From: a virus
Lineage: Duplodnaviria; Caudoviricetes
Length of the DNA stretch: 35,517 nucleotides
Virus record (IMG/VR): IMGVR_UViG_3300037465_000689
Coordinates: 1 to 35,517 of that record
Strand: one strand, 5' to 3'
The notes under the pieces were generated by a model. That model did not search any database. It had not been told where the DNA came from and was given only the letters and a program-made list of their open reading frames with translations. A program made the translations under genes and the position numbers. How positions within the stretch are numbered: the stretch's first letter is position 1; each line of letters starts with the position of its first letter. Of the stretch, positions 1-7,309 are shown one piece after another.

Positions 1-120
1 GTCTCGCGCCACGAGATCAAGCATGTTCAGGACCTCATGAACGGCCGCCCGCGCAAGGTGCTGAACTGGCGCACCCCCAGCGAGGCGTTTTACAACCTGC
101 CTGTTGCGTTAGGAACTTGA
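1..120 (+). CDS. 3' fragment of IS30-family transposase (5' part outside window)
   Basis: Frame 1 reads VSRHEIKHVQDLMNGRPRKVLNWRTPSEAFYNLPVALGT*. The N-x-RPRK-x-L-x-W-x-TP ... VAL C-terminus is typical of IS30 transposases. Confidence 0.85.
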   Translation, partial: VSRHEIKHVQDLMNGRPRKVLNWRTPSEAFYNLPVALGT

Positions 121-129
121 AACCGCGCC
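1..129 (+). mobile_element. Right end of IS30-family insertion sequence
   Basis: Transposase end overlaps a probable terminal IR (tgttgcgttaggaacttgaaaccgcgc). The exact boundary cannot be fixed without the left IR. Confidence 0.6.
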
Positions 130-293
130 ATATTGGTCCCTCATCTTACTGGAGAAACTGGCTGGAATGGTGAACGACAAGGCTGTGGAGATATGGCAAT
201 CCCCACAGCCTCGGTCGTCAGGATGACCGTCCTGAAGCGGTAGTAATTACTTCTTCTTGCCGCGACCCGTATCGCCACGCCTGTTCTGCCGCT

Positions 294-724
294 GTGCTGG
301 GCGTGTCGAGTCTCGCGTCTGCGCAGTTTGCCCCGTCGAGCGTTTCCGGAAAGATCGCCTCGGTCGATCCGGTGCAGCAGCGGATTTCGCTGCGGACGTG
401 GCTGTTTTTCACCAGGGCGTTTGACGTGAAGTCGGGGGCGAAGATCAGCGACGGCCGGCGCTCCTTGCAGCTCGACGAGCTGAAGCCGGGCGCTCAGGCA
501 ACGGCGGAGTACACGAGGAGAACGGCAGGCCGATCGCGCAGGCGATCACGGTGGAACCGTCAGCGGCCATGACCGGCGCCGAGTCCATGGCACCGGCCAG
601 CCCGCCGCCAGCCGCACCCGCGCCGGAGCCGACACCGCAGCGTCCGGAGCCAATGGAGAGCGCTGCGCCATCGACCCCGGCCCCGGAGCCTTCCGAGCCT
701 TCCGGGGGCGCGTCCTCCTATTGA
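294..724 (+). pseudogene. Frameshifted, 5'-degraded host gene for an exported small beta-barrel (OB/DUF5666-like) protein with a Pro/Ala-rich tail
   Basis: ORF 294 reads ...SVSGKIASVDPVQQRISL...LDELKPGAQATAEYT. A -1 shift at ~514 continues EENGRPIAQAITVEPS...PAPEP...SSY* (TGA 722-724). No clean start or signal peptide upstream. Could also be a sequencing error. Confidence 0.5.
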
Positions 725-750
725 ATCCAGGCTGCCCGCCGCCTGAAGCG

Positions 751-781
751 AGAGGCCGGCGCGATCGCCGCGCCGGCCTCT
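751..781 (+). terminator. GC-rich hairpin, possible terminator of the upstream gene
   Basis: 13-bp stem agaggccggcgcg/cgcgccggcctct; U-tract is weak. Confidence 0.4.
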
Positions 782-833
782 TGGCACTCACTTTTACCCT
801 TCCGGCCCATTCCCCCCTAAGGTACAATACGAC

Positions 834-997
834 CATTCCCCGGTAGCTCACCCGCCACTAGATCGTCGGCGGGTGCCCGCCGAAGCTTTAGTGGCGGGCA
901 GCTTCCGCCACAGAACGTGGCGGACCCGTTTCACGCGCGGTGGAATGGGCAGGGCTGCGCTACACTTTGACAATCGAATTCATTCCCCGGTAGCTCA
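834..997 (+). repeat. 17-bp direct repeat (CATTCCCCGGTAGCTCA, 834-850 and 981-997) duplicating the tRNA 5' end and enclosing palindromic units
   Basis: Exact match seen. A TACAAT -10-like box at 823-828 precedes the first copy. Confidence 0.85.
851..949. repeat. Cluster of REP-like palindromes
   Basis: 851-873 and 876-898 are inverted copies of a 23-bp unit (20/23 identical), each itself a CCCGCC..GGCGGG hairpin. Further hairpins at 904-924 and 925-949. Confidence 0.75.
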
Positions 998-2696
998 GCT
1001 GGTAGAGCGGCTCACTGTTAATGAGCATGTCCGTGGTTCGAGTCCACGCCGGGGAGCCATTTTTAATTTGTCCGAACCTCCCGCCGCCTCCATGCGGCGG
1101 TCCCGATCCACCGGAACCACCGGGGCCGCCGCTTGGAGGGTCGCGGAGGTCGATGCGGTCCCGCTCGGTGGTGAAGGTCGGGTTGTACGAGAGATTGGCA
1201 TAGCGGTCGTCGATCTTCACGGAGACGACCAGCGACTGCACGAACGCCTTCCGGGCCAGCGCGGACTCGTCCGTGAAGAGTGCCTCGAAGAACTCCACCC
1301 ACTCCTTGATCGTCTGCTTCGACAGCTTGATCGGTTTCGCAGCCAGTTGAGCCTTCAGTTCGTCGCGCTCCAGTTCCTTCTGGACCTTCAACTCCGCCAG
1401 CTCTCTGAGCCGCGGCGCGACGTCCCGTTTGGTCAGTCCCGTCTCTTCATCTTCGATGGCCTCGAACAACCGGCGCTGCTTGCGTTCGATCCCCAGGATC
1501 TCCCGCTCGAGAGTCGGCAGCTGCTTGCCACGCTGAGCCTGCGCTTCTTTCAGCGCTTCGTTGTGCCCCCGCACCATATCGGTGAGCGCCTGCTCGCTCG
1601 TAAGCCGCGTCTTGAGCTTCTCCAGGAACACCCGCTCCACATCATCGGCGTTGAGAGTCCGCTGCGTGCAGGCTTCGGTGCCTTTGCTGACCTGCGTGTT
1701 GCATCGGTAATAGCGATACCGGCCGCCCGAGCCGTGTGCAGCGTAGCCGACGAAGCTCGCGCCGCAGAGCACGCACTCCATCAAGCCGGAGAACAGGTAG
1801 TCGCTGGCGACAGCGCGGGGATGTTTCGCTGTGCGCTGCCGTCCTTCCAGAAGCTCCTGCACCCGGTTCCAGGTCTTCCGATCCACGATGGCCTCGTGGG
1901 CGTCCTTGACCGTGATCGGCTCCAGCTTCCAATCGATGGGTCGCTGGCGCTTGTTCAGCCGCTTGCCGAAGGTCGCATCCCCGCAGTACTTCTCATTCCG
2001 TAGGATGCCCAGCACGAGGTTCCGGCTGAAGGCATACCCGCCGCGGTACTTCACGCCCTCGGTGTTGAGGCGATGACGGATGGCGTTGGCCCCGGTGCCT
2101 TTGACATACATCGAGAAGATCCGGCGTACGATCTTGGCTTCGGATTCCTCGATGGCGAGCTTGCGCTTCGGTCCCTTCTCGGTCTGCACGGACACGAACG
2201 TGTAGCCGAAGGGTGCGAAGCCGCCGTTCCACCACCCGTGCCGGGCGTTTTCCGCCATCCCCTTGAGGCTCTCCCGCGACAGATTGAGGCTATAGAACTC
2301 GTCCATCCCTTCCAGCATGGCCTCGAGCAGGACCTCGGTCGGATCGCCGGAGCCCAGGATGGGCTGGGTCGCGGAGACGACGCGCACACCTTTCCGGCGG
2401 AGGATGTGCTTGTACTTCACCGAGTCGTAGCGGTTGCGGGCGAACCGGTCGAGCTTGTGGACCAAAATCATCTGAAACGGCAAATGCTTGCCGGTGGCCT
2501 CGGCAATCATGGTTTGAAAGGCATCCCGCTGGTCGGAGGTGCCCGACCGCGCTTCGTCGACGTAGATCTTATGGACCTTCCAACCTTGCTTCTCGGCGAA
2601 CTCCGTACAGCCGCGGCACTGCGCCTCAATGGACATCGAGTCGCGCTGCTGCTCGGAGGAATAGCGACAGTAGATGGCGCAGGTAGTGGTGCCCAT
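960..2696 (-). CDS. Large serine recombinase (integrase)
   Basis: AIYCRYSS catalytic motif, DEARSGT, KLDRFAR, recombinase domain, Zn ribbon (CVLC...RC...C), coiled coil. Start taken at MGTTT (2696) because 2777 overlaps the upstream gene. The C-terminus runs through the tRNA. Confidence 0.95.
   Translation of the reverse strand: MGTTTCAIYCRYSSEQQRDSMSIEAQCRGCTEFAEKQGWKVHKIYVDEARSGTSDQRDAFQTMIAEATGKHLPFQMILVHKLDRFARNRYDSVKYKHILRRKGVRVVSATQPILGSGDPTEVLLEAMLEGMDEFYSLNLSRESLKGMAENARHGWWNGGFAPFGYTFVSVQTEKGPKRKLAIEESEAKIVRRIFSMYVKGTGANAIRHRLNTEGVKYRGGYAFSRNLVLGILRNEKYCGDATFGKRLNKRQRPIDWKLEPITVKDAHEAIVDRKTWNRVQELLEGRQRTAKHPRAVASDYLFSGLMECVLCGASFVGYAAHGSGGRYRYYRCNTQVSKGTEACTQRTLNADDVERVFLEKLKTRLTSEQALTDMVRGHNEALKEAQAQRGKQLPTLEREILGIERKQRRLFEAIEDEETGLTKRDVAPRLRELAELKVQKELERDELKAQLAAKPIKLSKQTIKEWVEFFEALFTDESALARKAFVQSLVVSVKIDDRYANLSYNPTFTTERDRIDLRDPPSGGPGGSGGSGPPHGGGGRFGQIKNGSPAWTRTTDMLINSEPLYQLSYRGMNSIVKV
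984..1059 (+). tRNA. tRNA-Asn (GTT)
   Basis: 76 nt. Acceptor TCCCCGG/CCGGGGA, D arm GCTC..GAGC, anticodon arm GCTCA-CT GTT AA-TGAGC (GTT 1017-1019), T arm CGTGG-TTCGAGT-CCACG, encoded CCA. Confidence 0.97.
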
Positions 2697-2703
2697 GATG
2701 GTC

Positions 2704-2925
2704 TTACTGAGCTTGCGATTCTCGCTGTTGGATATAGTCTTCAAAGTACTGAACGGACTGCCGCAATTCGGCGTCATTCGGTCTGGATTGTAGAGCAGCC
2801 CTCAATCTCTCCAGATCCAGTTTCAGTTGTGGAAGAGCGGTCGTTCTCTGAAACGTATGCCCGGTGATGGACGTCAGCAACGCTGCCTTCCGGTCAAGGA
2901 AATCCTCAAAGTCCTTTTGGTTCAT
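2704..2925 (-). CDS. Hypothetical helical protein (73 aa) in the repressor-integrase operon
   Basis: ATGA overlap with the upstream gene, GGAG RBS, ends 7 nt before the integrase ATG. Confidence 0.65.
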   Translation of the reverse strand: MNQKDFEDFLDRKAALLTSITGHTFQRTTALPQLKLDLERLRAALQSRPNDAELRQSVQYFEDYIQQRESQAQ

Positions 2926-3173
2926 TGTGCCCCGCCTACTCGGTATCGATAGTCATGTGCCTGAACGTCTGTGGCGAACTGTTGAAAGATGCGGCGGTAT
3001 GCGTCAACGGTCTTGCAGAGGCGGAGGCTTTGCGAGGTGATCGGAGTCCAGGTCTGCTCGGTGATCGCGAGCTTGCCCGTCAGATCCAGGGCGGCGGTCA
3101 AGTGGAGTCTGGAGTTCGGATGCGCCTCCATCTGAGCTCGTTGCAGGTTGGGTGGGTCGTCATGTCGCGGCAA
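2922..3173 (-). CDS. Hypothetical protein (83 aa)
   Basis: Overlaps both neighbours in the leftward operon; GAGGA upstream. Confidence 0.55.
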   Translation of the reverse strand: MPRHDDPPNLQRAQMEAHPNSRLHLTAALDLTGKLAITEQTWTPITSQSLRLCKTVDAYRRIFQQFATDVQAHDYRYRVGGAQ

Positions 3174-3552
3174 GGGCTTCCTCAGGCTCCTTCAACGCTT
3201 GATCGATCAGTTTCCGATGCGGGGAGTTCACCTTGGTGAACTCGAAGCCGTGATACCAGAGCTGCTCGCCCTCGACCTTGCGCGACTTCTGCCAGACCAG
3301 CTTGGCATCCGCCTCGACGACCTGCCGGTCGTTCGGCGGACGGAACAGGATCAGGCAGATCACGCTCGCCCCGGCGGGCAGCTGCTTCGTCGAGCAGCAG
3401 CAAAAACCGTTCGGGCCGATGTTGACCCCCACCTCGTCATCCCATTTGCGCTTCAGGGAGATCGTATTGATCTGGACGATATCGGTGCCGAAGGCGAGCG
3501 ACTTCCGAAACCCTTTCCGCCGCTCCAATCCGGCATAGCGCTTCGCGGTCAT
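3160..3552 (-). CDS. PilZ-domain protein (putative c-di-GMP receptor)
   Basis: ERRKGFR (RxxxR), VNIGPNGF ([D/N]h[S/G]xxG), AKLVW and HGFEF strands, and a C-terminal helix typical of PilZ. ATGA-coupled to the repressor stop. Confidence 0.8.
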   Translation of the reverse strand: MTAKRYAGLERRKGFRKSLAFGTDIVQINTISLKRKWDDEVGVNIGPNGFCCCSTKQLPAGASVICLILFRPPNDRQVVEADAKLVWQKSRKVEGEQLWYHGFEFTKVNSPHRKLIDQALKEPEEALAAT

Positions 3553-4373
3553 TTGAACAGTTCCTCCACTTTTTTCAGCAATTCCTGCACCTCGAACGGC
3601 TTCTCGAAGTACCCTTCGATGTTGAGGTCCATGGCGTGCAGATCCACGATATCCTGGGCGTGCGCCGTCACGACGATGACCTTGGAGTGGGTGTTGATCT
3701 TGCGCAGCTTCCGCAGGAACTCCAACCCACCCATCAAGGGCATGTGGAGATCCAGGAGGATGAGGTCCGGCTTTTCTTGGCGCTTGATCAGCAACCCGAG
3801 GGCGGATTTGCCGTTGAAGGCGTAGTCGACTTGGAATCCCCGGTCGCGCAGCGCACCGGCCACCAGGTGGCAGATCTTGATCTCATCCTCCACGATGAAA
3901 ACCGTCTTGCCCTTCTCAACGGGAGCTTTGTTGCCGACCTTGGCCTTGCGCTCGAGCAGCTTCTGGATGAGAGGCGCCACGACACTCCGGACGGTCTCCC
4001 AATCCTCTTCGCTGAGCTTGTTCAGATCGTCCGGCGTGAAGCCCAGTTTTCTGAGGATCGCCCAGAGGGCTTCTTCGCCGCCGGCCGCTGGCCGCTCGAG
4101 GGGCATCTCGACACCCATGTCCCGGAACTCCTGGAGCACCCGCGCCGAGCGCTTCTGCAGCTTGGCTTCGAGGACCTTGTGCAGCAGCTCGCCCTGCTTC
4201 AGCTTGAGCGCTCGCTCGAGCTTCATAGCCATCTGGGGTGAAGGGATCGTCTTGCCGGTTTCGAGGCGGTTGATGTAGGAGGTGGTGCAGCCGACCATCT
4301 GAGCGACGTTTTCTTGCTTCAGGTCGGCGCGGGCCTTGCGGAGGTACTGGCCGATTTCGGGAGCGATGACCAT
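3549..4373 (-). CDS. CI-position repressor: XRE HTH fused to a C-terminal response-regulator receiver domain
   Basis: N-terminal LRKARADLKQENVAQMVGCTTSYINRLETGK HTH. C-terminal receiver with E162/D163, D208 (LLDLHMP), T236, Y255, K258 (KPF). Divergent from a cro-like gene. Confidence 0.9.
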   Translation of the reverse strand: MVIAPEIGQYLRKARADLKQENVAQMVGCTTSYINRLETGKTIPSPQMAMKLERALKLKQGELLHKVLEAKLQKRSARVLQEFRDMGVEMPLERPAAGGEEALWAILRKLGFTPDDLNKLSEEDWETVRSVVAPLIQKLLERKAKVGNKAPVEKGKTVFIVEDEIKICHLVAGALRDRGFQVDYAFNGKSALGLLIKRQEKPDLILLDLHMPLMGGLEFLRKLRKINTHSKVIVVTAHAQDIVDLHAMDLNIEGYFEKPFEVQELLKKVEELFK

Positions 4374-4382
4374 CGCAGGTTC

Positions 4383-4411
4383 ATGGTAGCGTGGCCGTTA
4401 AAATTTCTCAA
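4383..4411 (-). promoter_or_regulatory. Leftward (PRM-like) sigma70-type promoter
   Basis: Minus strand TTGAGA-N17-TACCAT, 9 nt from the repressor ATG with no SD, implying a near-leaderless mRNA. Confidence 0.6.
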
Positions 4412-4421
4412 AGGATATTTA

Positions 4422-4451
4422 TTGACACTTTATGGTTGATTCAAGTAAACT
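4422..4451 (+). promoter_or_regulatory. Rightward (PR-like) promoter
   Basis: TTGACA-N18-TAAACT, 10 nt before the cro ATG (4462). The spacer holds ATGGTTGATT, which is repeated at 4698-4707. Confidence 0.7.
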
Positions 4452-4461
4452 CCCAGGTGAG

Positions 4462-4686
4462 ATGGACACCCCGACCGTCATCCAGAAGGACCGGTTCAAC
4501 GGGCAGCGGATCTACCAGCGGCGGCTGGAGCTGGGCTTGTCGCTGGAGCAGGTGGCCATGCTGATCCGCCGCAACGTGGCTTCGATCCACGGATGGGAAA
4601 CTGGCAAGCACCGGCCGACCCCGCGCTCGCTCTACCTGCTGAGCCATGCGCTGCGGGTGAAGCCCCAATATTTTTTTGCCCCATGA
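4462..4686 (+). CDS. Cro-like XRE HTH regulator
   Basis: RRLELGLSLEQVAMLI...SIHGWETGKHRP...LSHALRVKPQYFF; divergent from the repressor. Confidence 0.88.
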   Translation: MDTPTVIQKDRFNGQRIYQRRLELGLSLEQVAMLIRRNVASIHGWETGKHRPTPRSLYLLSHALRVKPQYFFAP

Positions 4687-4690
4687 ATAT

Positions 4691-4707
4691 ATCAATCATG
4701 GTTGATT
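4691..4707. promoter_or_regulatory. Candidate operator palindrome ATCAAtcatggTTGAT
   Basis: Imperfect palindrome in an AT-rich patch; shares 10 bp with the PR spacer. Confidence 0.45.
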
Positions 4708-4711
4708 AAAT

Positions 4712-4924
4712 ATGAACGTACCGAGGCGGGTCGGCGACAAACACACTACCTCGCTCGTTCTGGGCCCACCCGAACAGAGTCCGGGGGAATTGGCCGCTCT
4801 GTTCGTCGCGGATCGACCCGGAGCCATGGAACTGCAGATTCTATCGGAGCCGGAGATCGCCGAAGTCGTCCGGAAGTTGCGGAGGCGCCTGCTGAGGCGG
4901 CAGCGCGTCCAGAGCCGAGCATGA
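4712..4924 (+). CDS. Hypothetical early protein
   Basis: Follows cro; ATGA-coupled to the next ORF. Confidence 0.5.
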   Translation: MNVPRRVGDKHTTSLVLGPPEQSPGELAALFVADRPGAMELQILSEPEIAEVVRKLRRRLLRRQRVQSRA

Positions 4925-5079
4925 CCGAGACCTGGTTACTTCATAGGCCATCGACGATATGGCGATGGTGGTGCCGGCGGTTCCATCGGCGATGGCATGC
5001 CTCGTTCGGCAGCTTGGGACTACCGCATCGTGCGCGATGCAGCCGGTGTTCGCTTATCTGGCCGTACGGGGTGGATTGA
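4921..5079 (+). CDS. Small Cys/His-rich hypothetical protein
   Basis: MTETWLLH...WCRRFH...RCSRC; starts at the ATGA overlap. Confidence 0.4.
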   Translation: MTETWLLHRPSTIWRWWCRRFHRRWHASFGSLGLPHRARCSRCSLIWPYGVD

Positions 5080-5134
5080 CATGGAGTTCGGGATCCATGG
5101 AGCGCATCGGCTGCCAGTTTCGGGTTGAGCAGCC

Positions 5135-5485
5135 ATGGCATGGCGGAAGAGCTGGTGTAACCAGAATCTCGATCCCGACGGCACGAAGCGCAAGCTCGCA
5201 CCGGAGCACCGCAGCGTGTGGGACGACCTGCTCGACCTCGCGGAGGTGTCGCCCGTGACCGGCCGGGTGTGCGCATTCCCCGGAATCGGCTACACGACCG
5301 AGCAGCTTGCGGCCATCCTCAACACGCCGGCGAAAATCATCCAGGAGGCCCTGGAACGGTTCGAGAGCAAAGAGTTCGACATGGTCGACGTCGACAAGCG
5401 CGGCGTCATCACGATCAAGAACTGGCCGAAATACCAGAGCGAGTACCAGCGGCAGAAAGGGTACAGGCAGAAGTTACACAAGTAG
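5135..5485 (+). CDS. Replication initiator (replisome-organiser-like N-terminal winged-helix domain)
   Basis: W..LL.LA...G....YT.EQLA..L...ITIKNWPKYQ pattern typical of phage replisome organisers; position after cro. Confidence 0.7.
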   Translation: MAWRKSWCNQNLDPDGTKRKLAPEHRSVWDDLLDLAEVSPVTGRVCAFPGIGYTTEQLAAILNTPAKIIQEALERFESKEFDMVDVDKRGVITIKNWPKYQSEYQRQKGYRQKLHK

Positions 5486-5518
5486 GTTACGGGTCGAAGT
5501 GACGACGGAGGGTTACAC
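5460..5518 (+). repeat. 13-bp-period iteron-like array (candidate replication origin)
   Basis: GGTAC 5460, GTTAC 5473, GTTAC 5486, GTGAC 5499, GTTAC 5512, exactly 13 bp apart. A-rich tract follows at ~5560-5582. Confidence 0.6.
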
Positions 5519-5581
5519 GGCTGAATTCATCGGAAGGTGCGGGTCCAGATTTCAGAATGCAGAGTACAGAGAAAGAAAAAG

Positions 5582-5932
5582 ATGACGCTTCGCGTCTTCA
5601 TGCAACACCTCACCCGAGCCCTCAAAACCAAGACCGGCTGCCCGAAACCGGAAGTCGTTCGAGCGGCGAGGAAAGCCTATGGGACTATCGTCGGATACGC
5701 CAAGCAGCATCCGGACCGCCTGGAATGGCTGAGCCTGCAGGTCGATTACCTACCGGGCGGCCGGGATCCCATCTGGTACGCGATCTACCTGAAAGAGCTC
5801 ATCGCCGATGAACAGTGTGCAGAGAAAGAACGAGCCATCAGAGGACGATCATGGAACAGCGACCGGAAGCGCCAGCCGATCGACAGCTTAGTGGCGTCGG
5901 TGGTCGCTTCTATGACGAGCCGCCGCCGTTGA
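5582..5932 (+). CDS. Hypothetical protein in the replication region
   Basis: ORF MTLRVFMQHL..., same frame as the initiator. Confidence 0.55.
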   Translation: MTLRVFMQHLTRALKTKTGCPKPEVVRAARKAYGTIVGYAKQHPDRLEWLSLQVDYLPGGRDPIWYAIYLKELIADEQCAEKERAIRGRSWNSDRKRQPIDSLVASVVASMTSRRR

Positions 5933-6212
5933 ACGTCAGCCTGTTCGTGTGGCTGCTCAGTTTGTGTTCACAAGAGCTCTACCAGGCCGAGCTGCTGGGC
6001 AAAGGGAAGAACTGATGCATGAGAAGAAAGCCTGCGGACATGAACGAGGTTACCGGTGCGCTGCCACCCGCTGTCAGGCAAGCGACGACGGCAGGCGGAC
6101 CTGGTCGATCTGATGAACCAACCGATGGGTGTCCGTCTCGCCCGGGTCGAACAGGATGATGCGGAGACTCTGGAGGACGAGGGACAGGATTCCGAGTAGT
6201 CGATCAAGCCTC

Positions 6213-6365
6213 ATGCCCGCATGGTTCATCGTGATCATGGCGTTGCTCAACGCCGGCGCCGGCGCCAGCTTCTTGCGACAGGGGAATCGGCCGTGGGCGT
6301 TGATCTACTTCGGCGCCTGCCTCATCCAGGTCGGTAGTCTATGGGCGATCCGGCGCGGTTCTTGA
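6213..6365 (+). CDS. Small two-TM membrane protein
   Basis: MPAWFIVIMALLNAGAG...WALIYFGACLIQVGSLW hydrophobic segments. Confidence 0.55.
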   Translation: MPAWFIVIMALLNAGAGASFLRQGNRPWALIYFGACLIQVGSLWAIRRGS

Positions 6366-7309
6366 CCCATGGCAGTCTCTTTACAGGAATCGGCGGCTTC
6401 GACCTCGGGTTCGAATGGGCTGGATTCGCCACCGCGTGGCAAGTCGAAATTTCCTCGTACTGCACCAGAGTCCTCGAGCGGCGATTCCCAGGCGTGCCGC
6501 GCTACACCGATATCACCGAATGCGGGGCGCACAACTTGGTGCCAGTTGACGTTCTTACAGGAGGATTTCCATGTCAACCATTCTCGCTCGCCGGAAAGCG
6601 ACGCGGCGCCGCGGATGACCGCTTTCTCTGGCCGGAAATGTATCGCGTTGTTGCGGCGCTGCGGCCGCCTTGGGTTGTGGCTGAGAATGTGCCTGGCATC
6701 GTCGGAGTTTGCCTGGACGACGTCATGGCTGACCTGGAAGCCGAAGGTTACGAAGCGGGGGCGCTTGTACTTCCAGCTTGCGCCTTCGGCGCATGGCATC
6801 GGCGAGATCGAGTCTTCGTTGTTGCCCACACCGCTTGCGAGCCAAGGCGGGCAGGGAGATCCGAACGATCCCAAGCGCGGCAGGAAGTTGGCGGTGGCGG
6901 CGCAGTGGTGGCCGACGCCGACTCGGTCGGACGGCGTGGGAGGGCCGGCCCACTCAGGTCGAAACGGCGGCAGGAATCTGCGGACGGCCGTGGCGTTGTT
7001 CCCGACGCCCACCGCCACGAATACGAAGAGCATACACAGCCGGACCGGCGGCAGGCCGCCACGGAGCTATCTCAAGACGCCGACGTCCGCGCCGTTCAGC
7101 CACGGCGGATCCGGCGGAGAGCTGCACAAACAGGTGGCCAAGAGTGGTGGGCCGTTGAACCCCGCGTGGGTCGAGTGGCTTATGGGGTTCCCCATCGGCT
7201 GGACCGCCTTGCCGCGCTCGGTAACGCGGTCGTCCCGCACGTCGCCTACTGGATCGCTTGCAGGATCCGTGAGGCCGTCGAACGGCAAGGCTGCGATAAC
7301 GCGGTGTAA
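6341..7309 (+). CDS. C5 cytosine DNA methyltransferase, alpha polypeptide
   Basis: Motif I LFTGIGG, IV GGFPCQ, VI ENV, VIII HRRDRVF, X LGNAV; no motif IX in this frame. Confidence 0.93.
   Translation: MGDPARFLTHGSLFTGIGGFDLGFEWAGFATAWQVEISSYCTRVLERRFPGVPRYTDITECGAHNLVPVDVLTGGFPCQPFSLAGKRRGAADDRFLWPEMYRVVAALRPPWVVAENVPGIVGVCLDDVMADLEAEGYEAGALVLPACAFGAWHRRDRVFVVAHTACEPRRAGRSERSQARQEVGGGGAVVADADSVGRRGRAGPLRSKRRQESADGRGVVPDAHRHEYEEHTQPDRRQAATELSQDADVRAVQPRRIRRRAAQTGGQEWWAVEPRVGRVAYGVPHRLDRLAALGNAVVPHVAYWIACRIREAVERQGCDNAV

Noticed and set aside
2697-2777. Extended integrase start at 2777
   Set aside because: It overlaps the 73-aa gene. The catalytic motif lies a few residues after Met at 2696, as is typical of serine recombinases.
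5933-6212. Possible small ORFs between the replication and methylase genes
   Set aside because: Several short competing frames with no motif or clear RBS; none can be supported.
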